Source: Octopus sinensis
Taxonomy: Eukaryota
Length of the DNA stretch: 64,000 bases
Direction: 5' to 3'
Assembly (NCBI RefSeq): GCF_006345805.1
Contig: NC_043009.1
Location: 24,428,001 to 24,492,000, forward strand
In this document: piece by piece, positions 12,175 to 24,655 of the stretch
Layout: each line of letters opens with the position of its first letter
Numbering within the stretch: position 1 is the first letter of the stretch
Made by a program: the position numbers and the translations under genes
The notes under the pieces: generated by a model
Told to the model about the DNA's origin: nothing
The model's database searches: none
What the model saw: the letters and a program-made list of their open reading frames with translations, nothing else

Positions 12175-12599
12175 AGATATATTTGTTTTGTATGTGTTCT
12201 TCCTCTGAAATGTTTTTTAGAAATTTATTTTTTTAAGAATATTATCTCGAAAACAAATATAGCCCACGAAATTCAATAAAAGATTTTGCATAAAATAAAA
12301 ACATTAAAATTCAGTGAATTTCGTTTATAAAAAATTGACATTAAATAACTAAAATATAATATTCAACATAAAATATAATATTCAAAAGTCCTAAAACATG
12401 GATATAAATTACAGATATTAAGTATCTATGCATGAATAAAGTTGCTAAATTGTCTGCAAATTCTGCTTCAGTCTTAAAGACTTCCAGTGTGTGTAAAGAA
12501 AGTACTGACAAGGATGGTGTTTACTTTATGCACACGGTCCACCAATTTTGGTGGATGGGTTTATGTCATTACCATCGCTCTAAGTACTAGGCCGGTGTT

Positions 12600-12873
12600 T
12601 TATTTTATTAAAAGTGTAACGTCGACGAGTTTTGAACACATAATGTAAAGAAACACAGAAACGCACGCAATATATCTTCCCGTGTGTACCGTTGGCGATT
12701 TTTTTCCTCCGTCTTCCTTTCTTTGGATCTTTCCTTTTCCTATGTTTCTGACGAAGAGCTCCGCTCGAAACGTTAAACCCTCCTTCTTCCCTTCCTTCCT
12801 GAACATCCATTAATACTATATTTGTTCCACATCCTCGCGTTGTTGTGTTTTCTCTTTGTGTTTTCATGTTTGG

Positions 12874-12890
<17 letters not shown>
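12600..12890 (+). mobile_element. Penelope-like pLTR fragment, family C
   Basis: Homologous to 13745-13935 and about 7955-8025. It carries a hammerhead and ends at (TA)n. Confidence 0.6.
12744..12778 (+). ncRNA. Minimal hammerhead ribozyme motif
   Basis: gttt-CTGACGA-a-gagc-tcc-gctc-GAAAC-GTT-aaac. Confidence 0.75.
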
Positions 12891-12908
<18 letters not shown>

Positions 12909-12916
<8 letters not shown>

Positions 12917-13200
12917 ATCAGGTGATCAGATGTTGTTACACATCGCTGGTCACAATGCGTTCGCATTGTTTTAGCCTTCGAATGACGCCACCTCGCTGGC
13001 TAAGCGAGCAGGCCAACAGAAGAAAGAGTGGGAGAAAAAGTGGTGAAAGAGTACAGCAGAGATCACACCCCCTGCCGGAGCGTCGTGAAGCTTTTAGGTG
13101 TTTTCGCTCAATAAACACACACAACGCCCGGTCTGGGAATCGAAACCGCGATCCTGCGACTGCGAGTCCGCTGCCCTGACTACTGGGCCATTGCGCCTCC
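12909..13200 (-). mobile_element. tRNA-derived SINE with RTE-like tail (possibly octopus OR-type)
   Basis: Minus strand head ggaggcgcaatggcccagt (A box) and ggtttcgattcc (B box); tail tgtgaccagcgatg...tgatcacgtgat then (AT)n. The family name is from memory. Confidence 0.85.
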
Positions 13201-13202
13201 AC

Positions 13203-13271
<69 letters not shown>

Positions 13272-13360
13272 TGTGTGTGGGTGTGTGTGTGTGTGTGGGT
13301 GTGTGTGTGTGTGTGGGTGTGTGTGTGTGTGTGTGTGTATGTATATATACATATATATAT

Positions 13361-13397
<37 letters not shown>

Positions 13398-13404
13398 TGT
13401 ACGT

Positions 13405-13610
13405 AGAGGCGCAATAGCCCAGTGGTTAGGGCAGCGGACTCGCGGTTTCGATTCCCAGACCGGGCGTTGAGAGTGTTTATTGAGCGAAAACACTTAAAGT
13501 TCCACGAGGCTCCGGTAGGGGGTGGTGGTGATCCCTGCAGTACCCTTTCGCCACAACTTTCTCTCACTCTTTCTTCTGTTGACCTGGTCGGTCACGGTGA
13601 TCACGGTGAT
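13405..13610 (+). mobile_element. Second copy of the same SINE, internally deleted
   Basis: Same head and body, jumping from ttcttctgtt to cctggtcggtcacggtgatcacggtgat. Confidence 0.85.
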
Positions 13611-13623
13611 ATATGTATGTATG

Positions 13624-13672
<49 letters not shown>

Positions 13673-13686
13673 TATATATATATTAT

Positions 13687-13744
<58 letters not shown>

Positions 13745-13746
<2 letters not shown>

Positions 13747-13935
13747 CACCGCCAGCAATTTTTTCCTCTGTCTTCCCTTCTCGGGACCTTTCCTTCTCCT
13801 TTGTTTCCGACGAAGAGCTCCGCTCGAAACGTTAAACCCTCCTTCCCTTCTTTCCTGAGCGTTCAATAATACTTTATTTGTTCCACGTCCTCGCGTTGCT
13901 GTGTTTTTTTGTGTTTTCTTGTTTGGATTAACTTT
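13745..13935 (+). mobile_element. Penelope-like family C fragment with mutated hammerhead at 13803-13837
   Basis: gttt-CCGACGA-a-gagctccgctc-GAAAC-GTT-aaac, a U4C change relative to the 12744 copy. Confidence 0.6.
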
Positions 13936-13957
13936 ATATATATATATATATATATAT

Positions 13958-14444
13958 AATAGTAAAAGGTTAAAATTAATTAATTAATTAATCATTTAAT
14001 TAATTAATGTTTGATAATTTTACTAAGTAGTTCGGTACGTTGAAATAACCCTTTAGGGTAACATTATGCAAATATTCTATAAATATAAGCGTAATTATAA
14101 CCAGGGGTCAGCTAATTGCTTTACCACGTACCGAAGTAAGAAATAGCAATTGAAATACTCTTTTCACTACCATAAAATACCTCTCAGACGCTAAACACAA
14201 TTTCTTTACGTAGGTAAAGAGAAAAAATAACGAATCCACATCACTTAGATTTGCAACATACGCGTTTCGGGATTAAAGTAAAGTAATATTTACTTACCTA
14301 TTTCACCTCATCAGTGCATTTCAAATATAAATTTGAAGGTCCTAGAAATTAAATACGTACGCGATCAAGCGTCATCGCATAACTGATATTTAACCAGCAC
14401 TTCCCAAAATACACAGCCGAATGAGAATACGTATTTATCCTCAG

Positions 14445-14450
<6 letters not shown>
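13958..14450 (-). mobile_element. Penelope-like fragment with hammerhead motif at 14255-14318
   Basis: Minus strand reads tgca-CTGATGA-gg...ccc-GAAAC-GC-GTA-tgt. The core is canonical, the stems are weak, and (TA)n flanks both ends. Confidence 0.55.
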
Positions 14451-14496
<46 letters not shown>

Positions 14497-14497
<1 letters not shown>

Positions 14498-14938
14498 TAG
14501 CAGAGATACCTGGCGTTGCCCGTTACATTCAATAGAAGAATTAGACTTTTCGTTTATATATATATATATATATGGATACACACATACACAAATATATGTA
14601 TATTAATATAAATACATGAAAGTACATGAAGTTTGTTATAAAAAAGGGGATCATGTATATACCCCCTGGCTGTTGAGATTATAACACCTCGTTGTAAACA
14701 ATGTTCCTTGTTTTTCTTGTGGAGCATATACAAAAAGGTTTCTTTTGGTTTCTACTCTTGAGCAGCCAACATACATTTTTGCTTAATTGGGGGTCAAATT
14801 GAAAAAACTTTACATGCCGTGACCCAATCGAATCTACTTCGAAAAATCATAGGTAAATTCCAATTGAAGATTTCTATATGTAGAATTGTATTAAAAAGGA
14901 ACATGGAAACAGGCAGAGGAAATCTGCCTTTTATCAAA

Positions 14939-14941
<3 letters not shown>
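14497..14941 (-). mobile_element. Non-autonomous Helitron-type element
   Basis: Minus strand starts A|TC and ends cgggcaacgccaggtatctctgCTAG|T, giving a TC start, a subterminal GC-rich hairpin remnant, a CTAG end and an AT target. Confidence 0.65.
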
Positions 14942-14972
<31 letters not shown>

Positions 14973-14994
14973 ATATATATATATATATATATAT

Positions 14995-15201
14995 ATAAGT
15001 TTAACAATTAAGGATAACCTCTTAATAAGGGATCTTAACAAGAAATTATCGGGTAGTTAGCGTGAAAACCTCATAAAAGAAAAGAATTCGAAAATAATTT
15101 TTTTCTTTTGAACAAATTAATTATATCTATATTGTATAGAGGGCATTATTACACATAAATGCCTCACACTAAGAGGGACAAAGTCATTACTACCAAAATT
15201 A

Positions 15202-15205
<4 letters not shown>
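14995..15205. repeat. Interspersed repeat flanked by (TA)n, also at about 57720-57830
   Basis: gagggcattatta...taagagggacaa...taccaaaa is shared between the two loci. Confidence 0.6.
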
Positions 15206-15249
<44 letters not shown>

Positions 15250-15604
15250 GATTATTCGGGGTTAGTTCCTTTATGACTGGCAAGTGTACCAGTTAGTGTA
15301 ATTTGTTATGCCCTGATTCTCTAAGATATTTAAATAGATACATCCGAAATCGGAGCAGCATTTTTCTCATTGTTGATAATAAAAACAAAAAAATACTCCA
15401 AAAATTTGAATGACAGTCGATATTCATAATAAAATGTATTTTGCATCATTAAATATAATTTTACTCGCAAAACTAACTATATTTCAGTATAACTTTTATG
15501 TCAGTGGTCAACAGTTTGACAAATGATATCACCTTTAAGCTCATAAATACAAAATTACTAGTTCGAAACAAAAGTGTGATTATATACATATTTCTTTTCT
15601 AATA

Positions 15605-16520
15605 TACGCACGGGACCTGAAATATCCTAGGGAAAGGGTCTTATTGATTAGATTGATTCCAGTACACAACTGGCATAGTTTACATTGACTCCGAATGTAA
15701 AGACGATCGCGAAAGAACTTGAGCACAAAATTTAATGACGGACAAAATGCCGCTAAGCATTGTATCCAGCGAGCTAATGACTCCGTTGATTCACCGCCTT
15801 ACTGTGTACATATATCAAGGAATTTGTAGTAGAAAATTAGACAATCGTTAGAGCGTCGGACAGAATGTTTCTTTGTAAATTTTCCGTTGCAACTTGTTCT
15901 ACTTTGAGTTCAAATCACATAAGAGTCTAATTTGCATTGATGCTTCCGGAAATAGATTAAAATTGAATCACTCCAAGATCGAGGTAATGCAACAAATTCG
16001 GACAGGCTGATCCTGTAAGTGCCCTCGGGCCCTCTGATCTCTCTTGACTAAAATATAGAAAGGTAGACGAGAACTAATGAATCTGATATCAACGTTTAAC
16101 TATGGTCATATATACAAATATCCTTGATGTTAGTGAGTTATATATTCAATAAAAACACAGTAAGTATTTAGCAACTTTTAATATATACACTACGTAAGGC
16201 GGCAAGCTGGCAGAAAAGTTAATACGCCGGGCGAAATGCTTAGAGTTATTTCGTCTGTCTTTGCGTTCTGAGTTCAAATTCCGCTGAAATCGACTTTGCC
16301 TTTCATCCTTTCGGATTCGATAAATTAAGTACTAATTGCATACTAGAGTCGATCTAATCGACTGGACCCCTTCCCCATTATTTCGGGCCTTGTGCCTATA
16401 GTAGAAAAGAATATATACTCTGCATATAAGTCGAGGAGCAAGCAAAATTGTTAGCACGCCGGGGAAAGTACATCGGGGATTTCACCAGTCATTGCTTTCT
16501 GAATTCAAATTTTGAAGCAT
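15605..16520. mobile_element. Cluster of SINE family B copies, the best at 16195-16412 (+)
   Basis: Family B head and core at 16195-16412, with degenerate copies at about 15605-15800 (-), 15820-16000 and 16430-16520. Confidence 0.7.
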
Positions 16521-17980
16521 GTTACAAAAAGTAAATTTCGGTAAATATACTCAAGATTATCCGTAAAGAAGCTCATTCTAAACTCTCTGCCATTTTAAAA
16601 CAGGTATAAAATATATAATACGCCATAAACATTCGTCAGTTTTTCTTGCGAAACATCTTAAAATGTGTAGTTTAAGATGTTTTAGTTTGCATACACATTT
16701 TTAGATGTTACTCGTATATGAATATTATCATTTTACACATAAATCTCTGGCAGAAACTTTTGATTTTTAACCATTTTAAGAAAATATTTATAATCATTAC
16801 GCATAATTTATTTCAGGTAAAATGCTTGCAAATATTTAATGTTAACTCATCACGTATCCAAATTTTCCGAGCAAAATTTACTGAAATACGTCATATTATA
16901 AAAAGCTCAAATGTTCGCCATATTCATGCTGATTATAAATGCAATTTTTCTAAAAATATCACAGCATCAATTAATCATAACTCGCTGTAAATTATATCTT
17001 GAGATATCTTGCATATTTTAGAATGCATAATTTTCATCATTTCTCAATTGTAAAAATAAACATTTTACACCACACATTTTCAGTCCTATATTTCAATTTT
17101 TATTTATTTTCAGGTAAGCTATAATAAGCAATATCCGAATATATTTCACCATCACACATACCACGTACACTTGCTAATATACATTATAACTAAAAACATT
17201 CTGAAACTATTAGAATGAAAAAAGGATAATTCTCACAACCTCAATCCGGTTAGAATTCTCAATCAATAGTTATTTTTCAAACAGGATTGAAGGTTTAAAA
17301 AATTTCTACAAATATATTCTTTTGAGAAACCTAAAGCAACTTAAATAATAATTTGAAAGATTATACAACCTTTACAAGATATAATTCCCAAATTTTTTAA
17401 CCTATGACAATTAATATTTTGCATCAGTCCCTTCTAGCAATGTTTTTCAATTTTAAACTTGCCCAAACTGATTATAAAATGAAAAATTTAGTAAATAAAT
17501 ATATTCAACTTTACCTCTCACCCCTCAATCTGCTCCTACCAATAATTTCCAAGCAACTGCACCCTTTGGAGAAAATTTTTTTCAAATATTTTCAAACACA
17601 AAAATTGATAATTTTTTGTTTCTGTGTTTTGTTATTTTCAAGCATGTTACATAACGTAAATTTTATATAAATATATTCATGTTTTACACGATGAAACCTG
17701 CTAAAATGCATCTTTAATGTATTACGCACGTTTTACAACACGATTTCCAAATGTACCCCTATGTGAAGATTCGTAATTTGTAACACAACAGTTTTGGTAA
17801 AATTTTAATGCAGGCTATAAATTGTGAAATTTCTTCAAATATATTCAGGAAAACTTACTAGAAACTATTATTTCAGCGATTGTTTACCTTATAGAATTTG
17901 TATTGTTTACATTTTCTCAAAAACCGATACGGCTATTGAGGATCACACAGATCCCGTTGACGCTTACAATTCATAGCATT

Positions 17981-18784
17981 TTTTCCAAACATATTGGAAA
18001 ATATAAACTTTTCCTAAATATTTTTAATTTCACCAACTCTTGTAAAAAATGATGAAAGGCACCCTAAATAATTCTCAAAGTGATTTATATGCGAAAACTG
18101 GTATCTTTCCTCAACCTTCTCTTTCTGATAAGATTTTTAAAGTTTTAGCTTCTTTGCAACTAGTTACGAAATGTAAATTTTCCTTTAAATTATTCTGTTA
18201 AAACCTTCAAAACCTGGTTAATTTATGTATTCTACACGTTTCATAATCGTTTAAAATATAATTCAAAGTTTAGAATATATAAATTTCACATTTTGATCTA
18301 TGCAAGTACTAATATTCTTACCACAGTGTTAAAAAACAGAAGTTTTAGATCTGAGGTAAGTAAAGTTTGGCGTATCCATTTATGCTCCCAATTGTTTCAC
18401 GCCAATTCCGGATGCGCTATATTATTTTAATTCATTCTTCATCTCTGAGAATACATAATTTTCAAATTTTCCTTTTTTATTTACGGCAAATCCTTGTATA
18501 TTGTCATCCAAAATAAAACACATATGTACACCAGGGTTTGAAGGTTTTAACAGAATAATTTTAAGGAAAATTTGCATTTCGTAACTAGTTGCAAAGAAGC
18601 TAAAACTTTAAAAATCCTATCAGAAAGAGAAGGGTTGGGAAAGATACCATTTTTTCTCCATATAAATCACTTTGATAATTATTTATGGGCGTAGGGTACC
18701 TTCAATCATTTATTACAAGAAGTTCGGGTTGGTGAAATTGAAAATATTTGGGTCAAGTTTGTATTTTACAATAAATTTGGAAAA
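17981..18784. repeat. Long inverted repeat (arms 17981-18217 and 18531-18784)
   Basis: ctttctgataagatttttaaagttttagcttctttgcaactagttacgaaatg... matches the reverse complement of 18531-18630 almost perfectly; the outer parts are more diverged. Confidence 0.85.
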
Positions 18785-19724
18785 CAGAAGCAAAGGTCAG
18801 GCTTTCGCAAATGCATCTTAACAAATTACTTCTCTTCAAGTGTAGAATATAACGAACCCCAAAGAGAAGAGTACTCGATATAGTCGAAAAGCTGTGAGAT
18901 AGGAATAATGTATTAGGATATCTCCTTTAGAGGCCTGGTAATTGTAAACAAAAACAAATACGCCAAATTTTACATACTTTTGGTTGCTCAAATAATAATT
19001 GTATATTACAAATTCTAGCATTAACTCTTTGGTAAAAATATCAATTTTCACGTAATAAACTACCTAAAAATTATGCATTCTAAAGTTTGTATAATATTTT
19101 AAATGATTATGCAAAAATTAGAATACGTAATTTGAACCAAGTTTTGAAGGGTCCAAACGATTATATTTGTGGAAAATTTAGATTTTGTAAAATGGCGCAG
19201 AAGGATGTTTCGAAGAACAAAGTGTCACAACATAATGGAAAAACAAACAAATCAACCAACTAAACAACAAGATTAGCAGCAACTAGAAGAATAGCAAAGG
19301 AAATGACAACAAAGTGCAGATCAAGATCTACAAGAAAAGCTGAAGATGCAACGACAAAGCATAACGTATACAAAAAGAAAATCAGCAAAAGCAACGACAA
19401 TAACAATAGCAATAAGTTTCTCTCCTCATATTCTTTGTTGTTCAGAGAAGCGACAGTGAGTTTATGGCGTTAATACCAACACGGTGAGACATAACAAACG
19501 AAACGGGAATAAATGAGTTTTTCACGAAGACAAGATCACATATAATCATGATTTAAAAGAATTAGGATTCTACTAAAATATTTTGAAAATTCTCCCACCT
19601 AACGAGAGTTTTTCTAGAAAGAATATTTAAAAATAAATCTGGTTGAAAATATATCAAACATAAAATGTATATGCTTTCTTAAAGCCTCGGATTATCAATG
19701 TAAGTGGCATTTGTTATTGTCTTT

Positions 19725-19925
19725 CATTAATGTTAGCACATCGGGCAAAATGCTTAGTGGCATTTCGTCTGTCTTTACGATCTGAGTTCAAATTCCACCC
19801 TGTTTGACTTTGCCTTTCAACTGTTCGGGGTTGATAAAATAAGTACCATTTGAAATTTGTGTCGATGTAATCAAGTTACCTCTTTACCCGACACTTTTGC
19901 TCTTGTGCTAAAACTTGAAACCAAT
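19725..19925 (+). mobile_element. SINE family B copy
   Basis: gttagcacatcgggcaaaatgcttag...gagttcaaattcc...tttgcctttc. Confidence 0.75.
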
Positions 19926-20024
19926 AAACATATGCTAATAATTTTTGGTTTATGCATATTGAGAACCACTATTCCAAAGGTGTATCGATATCTTTCTTTC
20001 TCTCTCTCTCACTCTTTTCTTCCC

Positions 20025-20092
<68 letters not shown>

Positions 20093-20771
20093 CTATCTAT
20101 CTATCTATCTATCTATCCATTTATATATATACATAGCGCACATACGCGCGAAAGCACACACTTACATCATGATATATGAAATTGACAGGACAAATAGAAA
20201 AAAAATTCAGAGGGGCCTGTGGCATGCATTCGAACAAGAAAGACTTGTAGTTCCATCTTCAGTATCATACAATAGAATGTATTGATTTATGGAAATTGTC
20301 TCCGTAGTCCGCCAGACATTTTCGTTTGATGAGCAACGACACATCGTACGTCCCGAATACATATGGAGAAAAACTGACAAAAAGAAGAATCTTGAAATTG
20401 ATGAAACAATCTGCGGATGTAGGCATGAAAGCCACAGCAGCAGCAACAATGAAATCAATAAAAAATATCAATTAAGAAGGAAGAACACATCATGGAACAT
20501 TGTCACAAGAATCGTATTAGAAGTCATGGCAGTTTGCAGAATTTCAAAATATTCCAGCAATACTCAACGCACATCGCACGTAAAACATTTTAGTTGAAGG
20601 AAACAACCCCAGGATTTTATTCTTTGTAAGCCTAGTTCTTATTCAATCGGGTTCTTTTTTCGAACCGCTTAGTTTTCAAGCGATGTTGAAGGGAGAAACG
20701 CACACACAAATATATACATTTATATATATATAAAGAGACAGAGATAGAGAGAGAGAGAGAAAGAGTGATAT

Positions 20772-20803
<32 letters not shown>

Positions 20804-20808
20804 CACAT

Positions 20809-20849
<41 letters not shown>

Positions 20850-21586
20850 TATATATATATATATATACATATATATATTATATATACACATATACATACA
20901 TATATGTATATATACACACACATATATATATACACATACATAAATATGCACACACACACACATATCCGTATAAGCGTGAAGCTTCTGCTACGTCTTCACC
21001 TGAGTATCGTATGCTTCATGTGTAAGTAAATATCGTTATAGCTGCGTACATCAAAAGTACAAATTAACCTAGATGCATATAGACAATCGATGATGTATAA
21101 TTGCAAACGTGAACCTCTCCACCCGATATTCATATTGTTAATTTACGATTTATATGCAACAAAGCCATATTAACACGAATTTTTGAAACTGCAGAAGCTG
21201 TGATGGATTTGCATAGTAATTATACAAATATGTATTTATATATTTTGCGTGTTCGTTTCTCTTTTTCCAATTTCTGATTTTATTTTTCATCTTTTATATA
21301 AATGAAGATACATCACCTCCGTCTGGCTGCTTTTCTTTCTACTAAACGGAAAGTTACAATTGCGGAACAGTCATTTTAATCTGTTGTATTTATTTATCAC
21401 CTGACGAGATACATCTGCGTTACCGGATACCCCTGAACCAGATGTTGAGTGTCCCACCCATGAGGATTCGATGCTAGATGTGTCAAAACAATTGTCGTGA
21501 TTTATTATAAATTCTCGTATATTCGTATATGCCATTTTCCGTCTTTCATTTGCCATATATTTCAATATATATATATTTTTACATTT

Positions 21587-21631
<45 letters not shown>

Positions 21632-21831
21632 CATTCCAATATATATATATATATAGATAAGAAAGTTTGTTTGGTAAAGCACGTGGGTGAATATATAAGA
21701 AAATAGTAAAGTGTGAAAAAACGACAGAAGGCTTAAATGTTAAAAAATATATATATTTGTGTCAAAATGTCTGGAGAATATTGGAAAAAATTTTTTCCTT
21801 TCCTTAAAATGACATAATTAAAAAATTTTTA

Positions 21832-21871
21832 AAGAAATTACCGGTTTCGCGTGTAGCTTTTCAAATTTCTT
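21832..21871 (-). ncRNA. Hammerhead motif with U3-A8 core (mirror copy)
   Basis: Exact reverse complement of 21993-22032. Confidence 0.7.
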
Positions 21872-21992
21872 GTGACGTTATGTTTATATTGCATGGAGTT
21901 ATCGTTGTATTTATTATCAGGAGATTTCTTATTTAGAAATCTCCTGATAATAAATACAACGATAACTCCATGCAATATAAACATAACGTCAC

Positions 21993-22032
21993 AAGAAATT
22001 TGAAAAGCTACACGCGAAACCGGTAATTTCTT
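21993..22032 (+). ncRNA. Hammerhead motif with U3-A8 core
   Basis: aagaaat-TTGAAAA-gc-tacac-gc-GAAAC-CG-GTA-atttctt, giving a 7-bp stem I and a palindromic ACCGGT. Confidence 0.7.
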
Positions 22033-22191
22033 TAAAAATTTTTAAATTATGTCATTTTAAGGAAAGGAAAAAAATTTGTCGAATATTCTCCAGACATTTT
22101 GACACAAATATATATATTTTTTAACGTTTAAGCCTTCTGTCGTTTTTTCACACTTTACTATTTTCTTATATATATATATATATATATATAT

Positions 22192-22473
22192 TCTTTTATT
22201 TGTTTCAGTCTTTTGACTGCGGCCATGCTGGAGCACCGCCTTTAGTCGAGCAAATCGACCCCAGGACTTTTCTTTGCAAGCCTAGTACTTATTCTATCGC
22301 TCTCTCTTGCCGAACCGCTAAGTTATGAGAACGTAAACACACCAGCATCGGTTGTCAAGTGATGTTGGAGGGGGGGACAAACATTGACACACAAACAAAT
22401 ATATATATATATATATGTTTGTGTGTCAATGTGGTTGGTAAGCAAGCTACTTAACACACAGTCACTCCTGCGC

Positions 22474-22475
<2 letters not shown>
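22192..22475 (-). mobile_element. SINE family A, internally deleted
   Basis: Tail at 22192-22400, then (TA)n, then a head remnant ending ctcctgcgcct. Confidence 0.8.
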
Positions 22476-22541
<66 letters not shown>

Positions 22542-22871
22542 ATAATATATATACAGGGATTTGCATTGCCGTCGACATACTGCAACTCAAGGACTGAGAT
22601 GGCGGATGTCCTCGTCTTTGCCCGGAGACGTGTGAGATTGAAGAATCCCCCATCCAAGCGATTCTCATACATATAGAAGGCGAGTCTAGTGGGATTTCGT
22701 TGAACGTGGTGACCATTTACAAAGAGAAACAGGTTGGTATCAGGATGCATGATTGCTTAATACCCCCAGTGATGGGAAATGGGTCTGTGAGGATATTTTG
22801 AGGACATATTTTGATGATAAATAGATAGATAATAGATAGATAATAGATAGATAGATAGATAGTCAGACAGC

Positions 22872-22906
<35 letters not shown>

Positions 22907-22909
22907 GGT

Positions 22910-22954
<45 letters not shown>

Positions 22955-23027
22955 TAGATAGAGAGATAGATAGATAGATAGTCAGGCAGATAGATAGATA
23001 GATAGATGATAGATAGATAGATAGATA

Positions 23028-24147
23028 TGTTTCTTTATTAGCCACACAGGGCTGCACACAGATAGAACAAATTACAAGGTAGAGCTTTTCTTTTGAAGGT
23101 ATTAAAAAAAAAAAAAAAAAAAAAAAAGAAAAGAAAGGAAGGGGAGGTTCGATCAAAAGGGATCGTAAAAGAGAGAAAGAGGACAAAAATAAGGGGGGTT
23201 AAAAAAAAAATAAAAAAAAAGGGGGGGAGAGAAAAAAAATGATCAATAGGGATCGTTATCACAGAAATGTCAATATGAATGGAAGGAGGACAGGTGAGGT
23301 TTACCCGTGACAGAATCCTGCGGAAAGACCACGGTACCTCGGTCAATGAAGTCACATTTTATATTTCTTTTTTTTTTTTTTTTTTTTTTTGCAAATAAGC
23401 AACTCTCTGTTTTCGATTTCTGTTCATAGACTATCTCAAGGTGGCTTCGTCATTCATACGTGCCATTCTTGCTACATTCACATCTTTTTTAAAACATCGC
23501 TAGACAAAACTTGCCTCTCTACTCTCACTTTCCTTTTCAAGTGGTACTTGAAGAAGTTGATGAAAGATTGACCAGAGAGGAAAGCGTTTGTCTCCAATCC
23601 TTTCAGACGCGTCCACCAGATACATTCTTTCGCCATAGCCACAAGGATGATGAAAATAGCTGTTCCTTCTCGTTTGAAGGAAGGAGGCGTGACAATATTG
23701 ACAATAGACTCGGCTGATAAACCGACTCGTCCCAAACGTGACAGCAGTTGTCGACATAAGCCCACAGGTCGGAAATTGTTGGACACTGAACGAGTGCGTG
23801 CAGAACGGTTTCGTCGCTCTGACCGCATCTCGGGCAGGTCGGCCCCGTGTTTCTCGAGCCGTGTCTGTAGAGCTTATCCCGAACGGGTAGCGCTTCTCGG
23901 TAGCACTGCCAGGCCAGGGATCTCTGGAAGTTGTCCATGGGCCCTGGCCCGAAAGTCGTCCCGAACAGGCGGGTCAGTACTCCTCGTCGACGTCCAGGTT
24001 TTCGCCCCGAGCTCGTCGTCGTACCTCCCCTCCACTAAACCCCTATAGAATGCTTTGGTTGTGTTGAAGTCACTTAAGGTCGACCCAGGACGGCAGAGTT
24101 GCTTGAGAGCAACGCGACACTCGCGGTGCCATTCGCCCTTCCTCGGC
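23028..24147 (-). mobile_element. 5'-truncated Tx1/L1-like LINE, copy 1
   Basis: Zinc-finger region CYREALPVRDKLYRHGSRNTGPTCPRCGQSDETVLHALVQCP. The 3' end is AATAAAGAAACA and (GATA)n lies on both sides. Colinear with 61257-62328. Confidence 0.9.
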
Positions 24148-24207
<60 letters not shown>

Positions 24208-24297
24208 CATACATACATACATACATACATACATACATACATACATACATACATTCATACATACATACATACATACATACATACATACATACATACA

Positions 24298-24328
<31 letters not shown>

Positions 24329-24622
24329 GGACTTAAATTGCATAATAACTTCGAAAGGAATGGGAGGAGGGATTCAAGCAAACGATAGATAAAGACATTT
24401 GTAATTTATAAGCAGATGCAGAAATATAAGCATGAGAAATATAAGCGATGGAAACATTATTTTAGCTTACAGTTAATACAAAGTGACGAAAGAAATGCAT
24501 TACGTCTGTGTCGGTAAGGAAATCGACAGGTTAACCAACATAACCTGACGAGTTTCCTCGCTCTGTCTACCATGTCTACTATGGGAAACCTCTATTATAT
24601 GTACATGTAATTCTTATATATA

Positions 24623-24655
<33 letters not shown>

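Larger units (their letters stand above)
21655..22173. mobile_element. Near-perfect palindrome of a Penelope-like element
   Basis: Arms of about 239 bp (21691-21929 and 21935-22173) with a 5-nt loop (tattt), few mismatches and (TA)n flanks. Confidence 0.8.

Noticed and set aside
12909-13610. tRNA-like heads (also at 58395 and in families A and B) as tRNA genes
   Set aside because: They continue into SINE bodies and lack a complete cloverleaf.
20207-20597. Overlapping 83-102 aa ORFs in non-repetitive sequence, one with a signal-peptide-like start
   Set aside because: No recognisable family, ORFs on both strands, and no convincing splice context.
21405-21500. Exon-like stretch (DTSALPDTPEPDVECPTHEDSMLDVSKQLS*)
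   Set aside because: An in-frame stop lies just upstream, the acceptor is weak and I recognise no homology; RNA-seq would decide.
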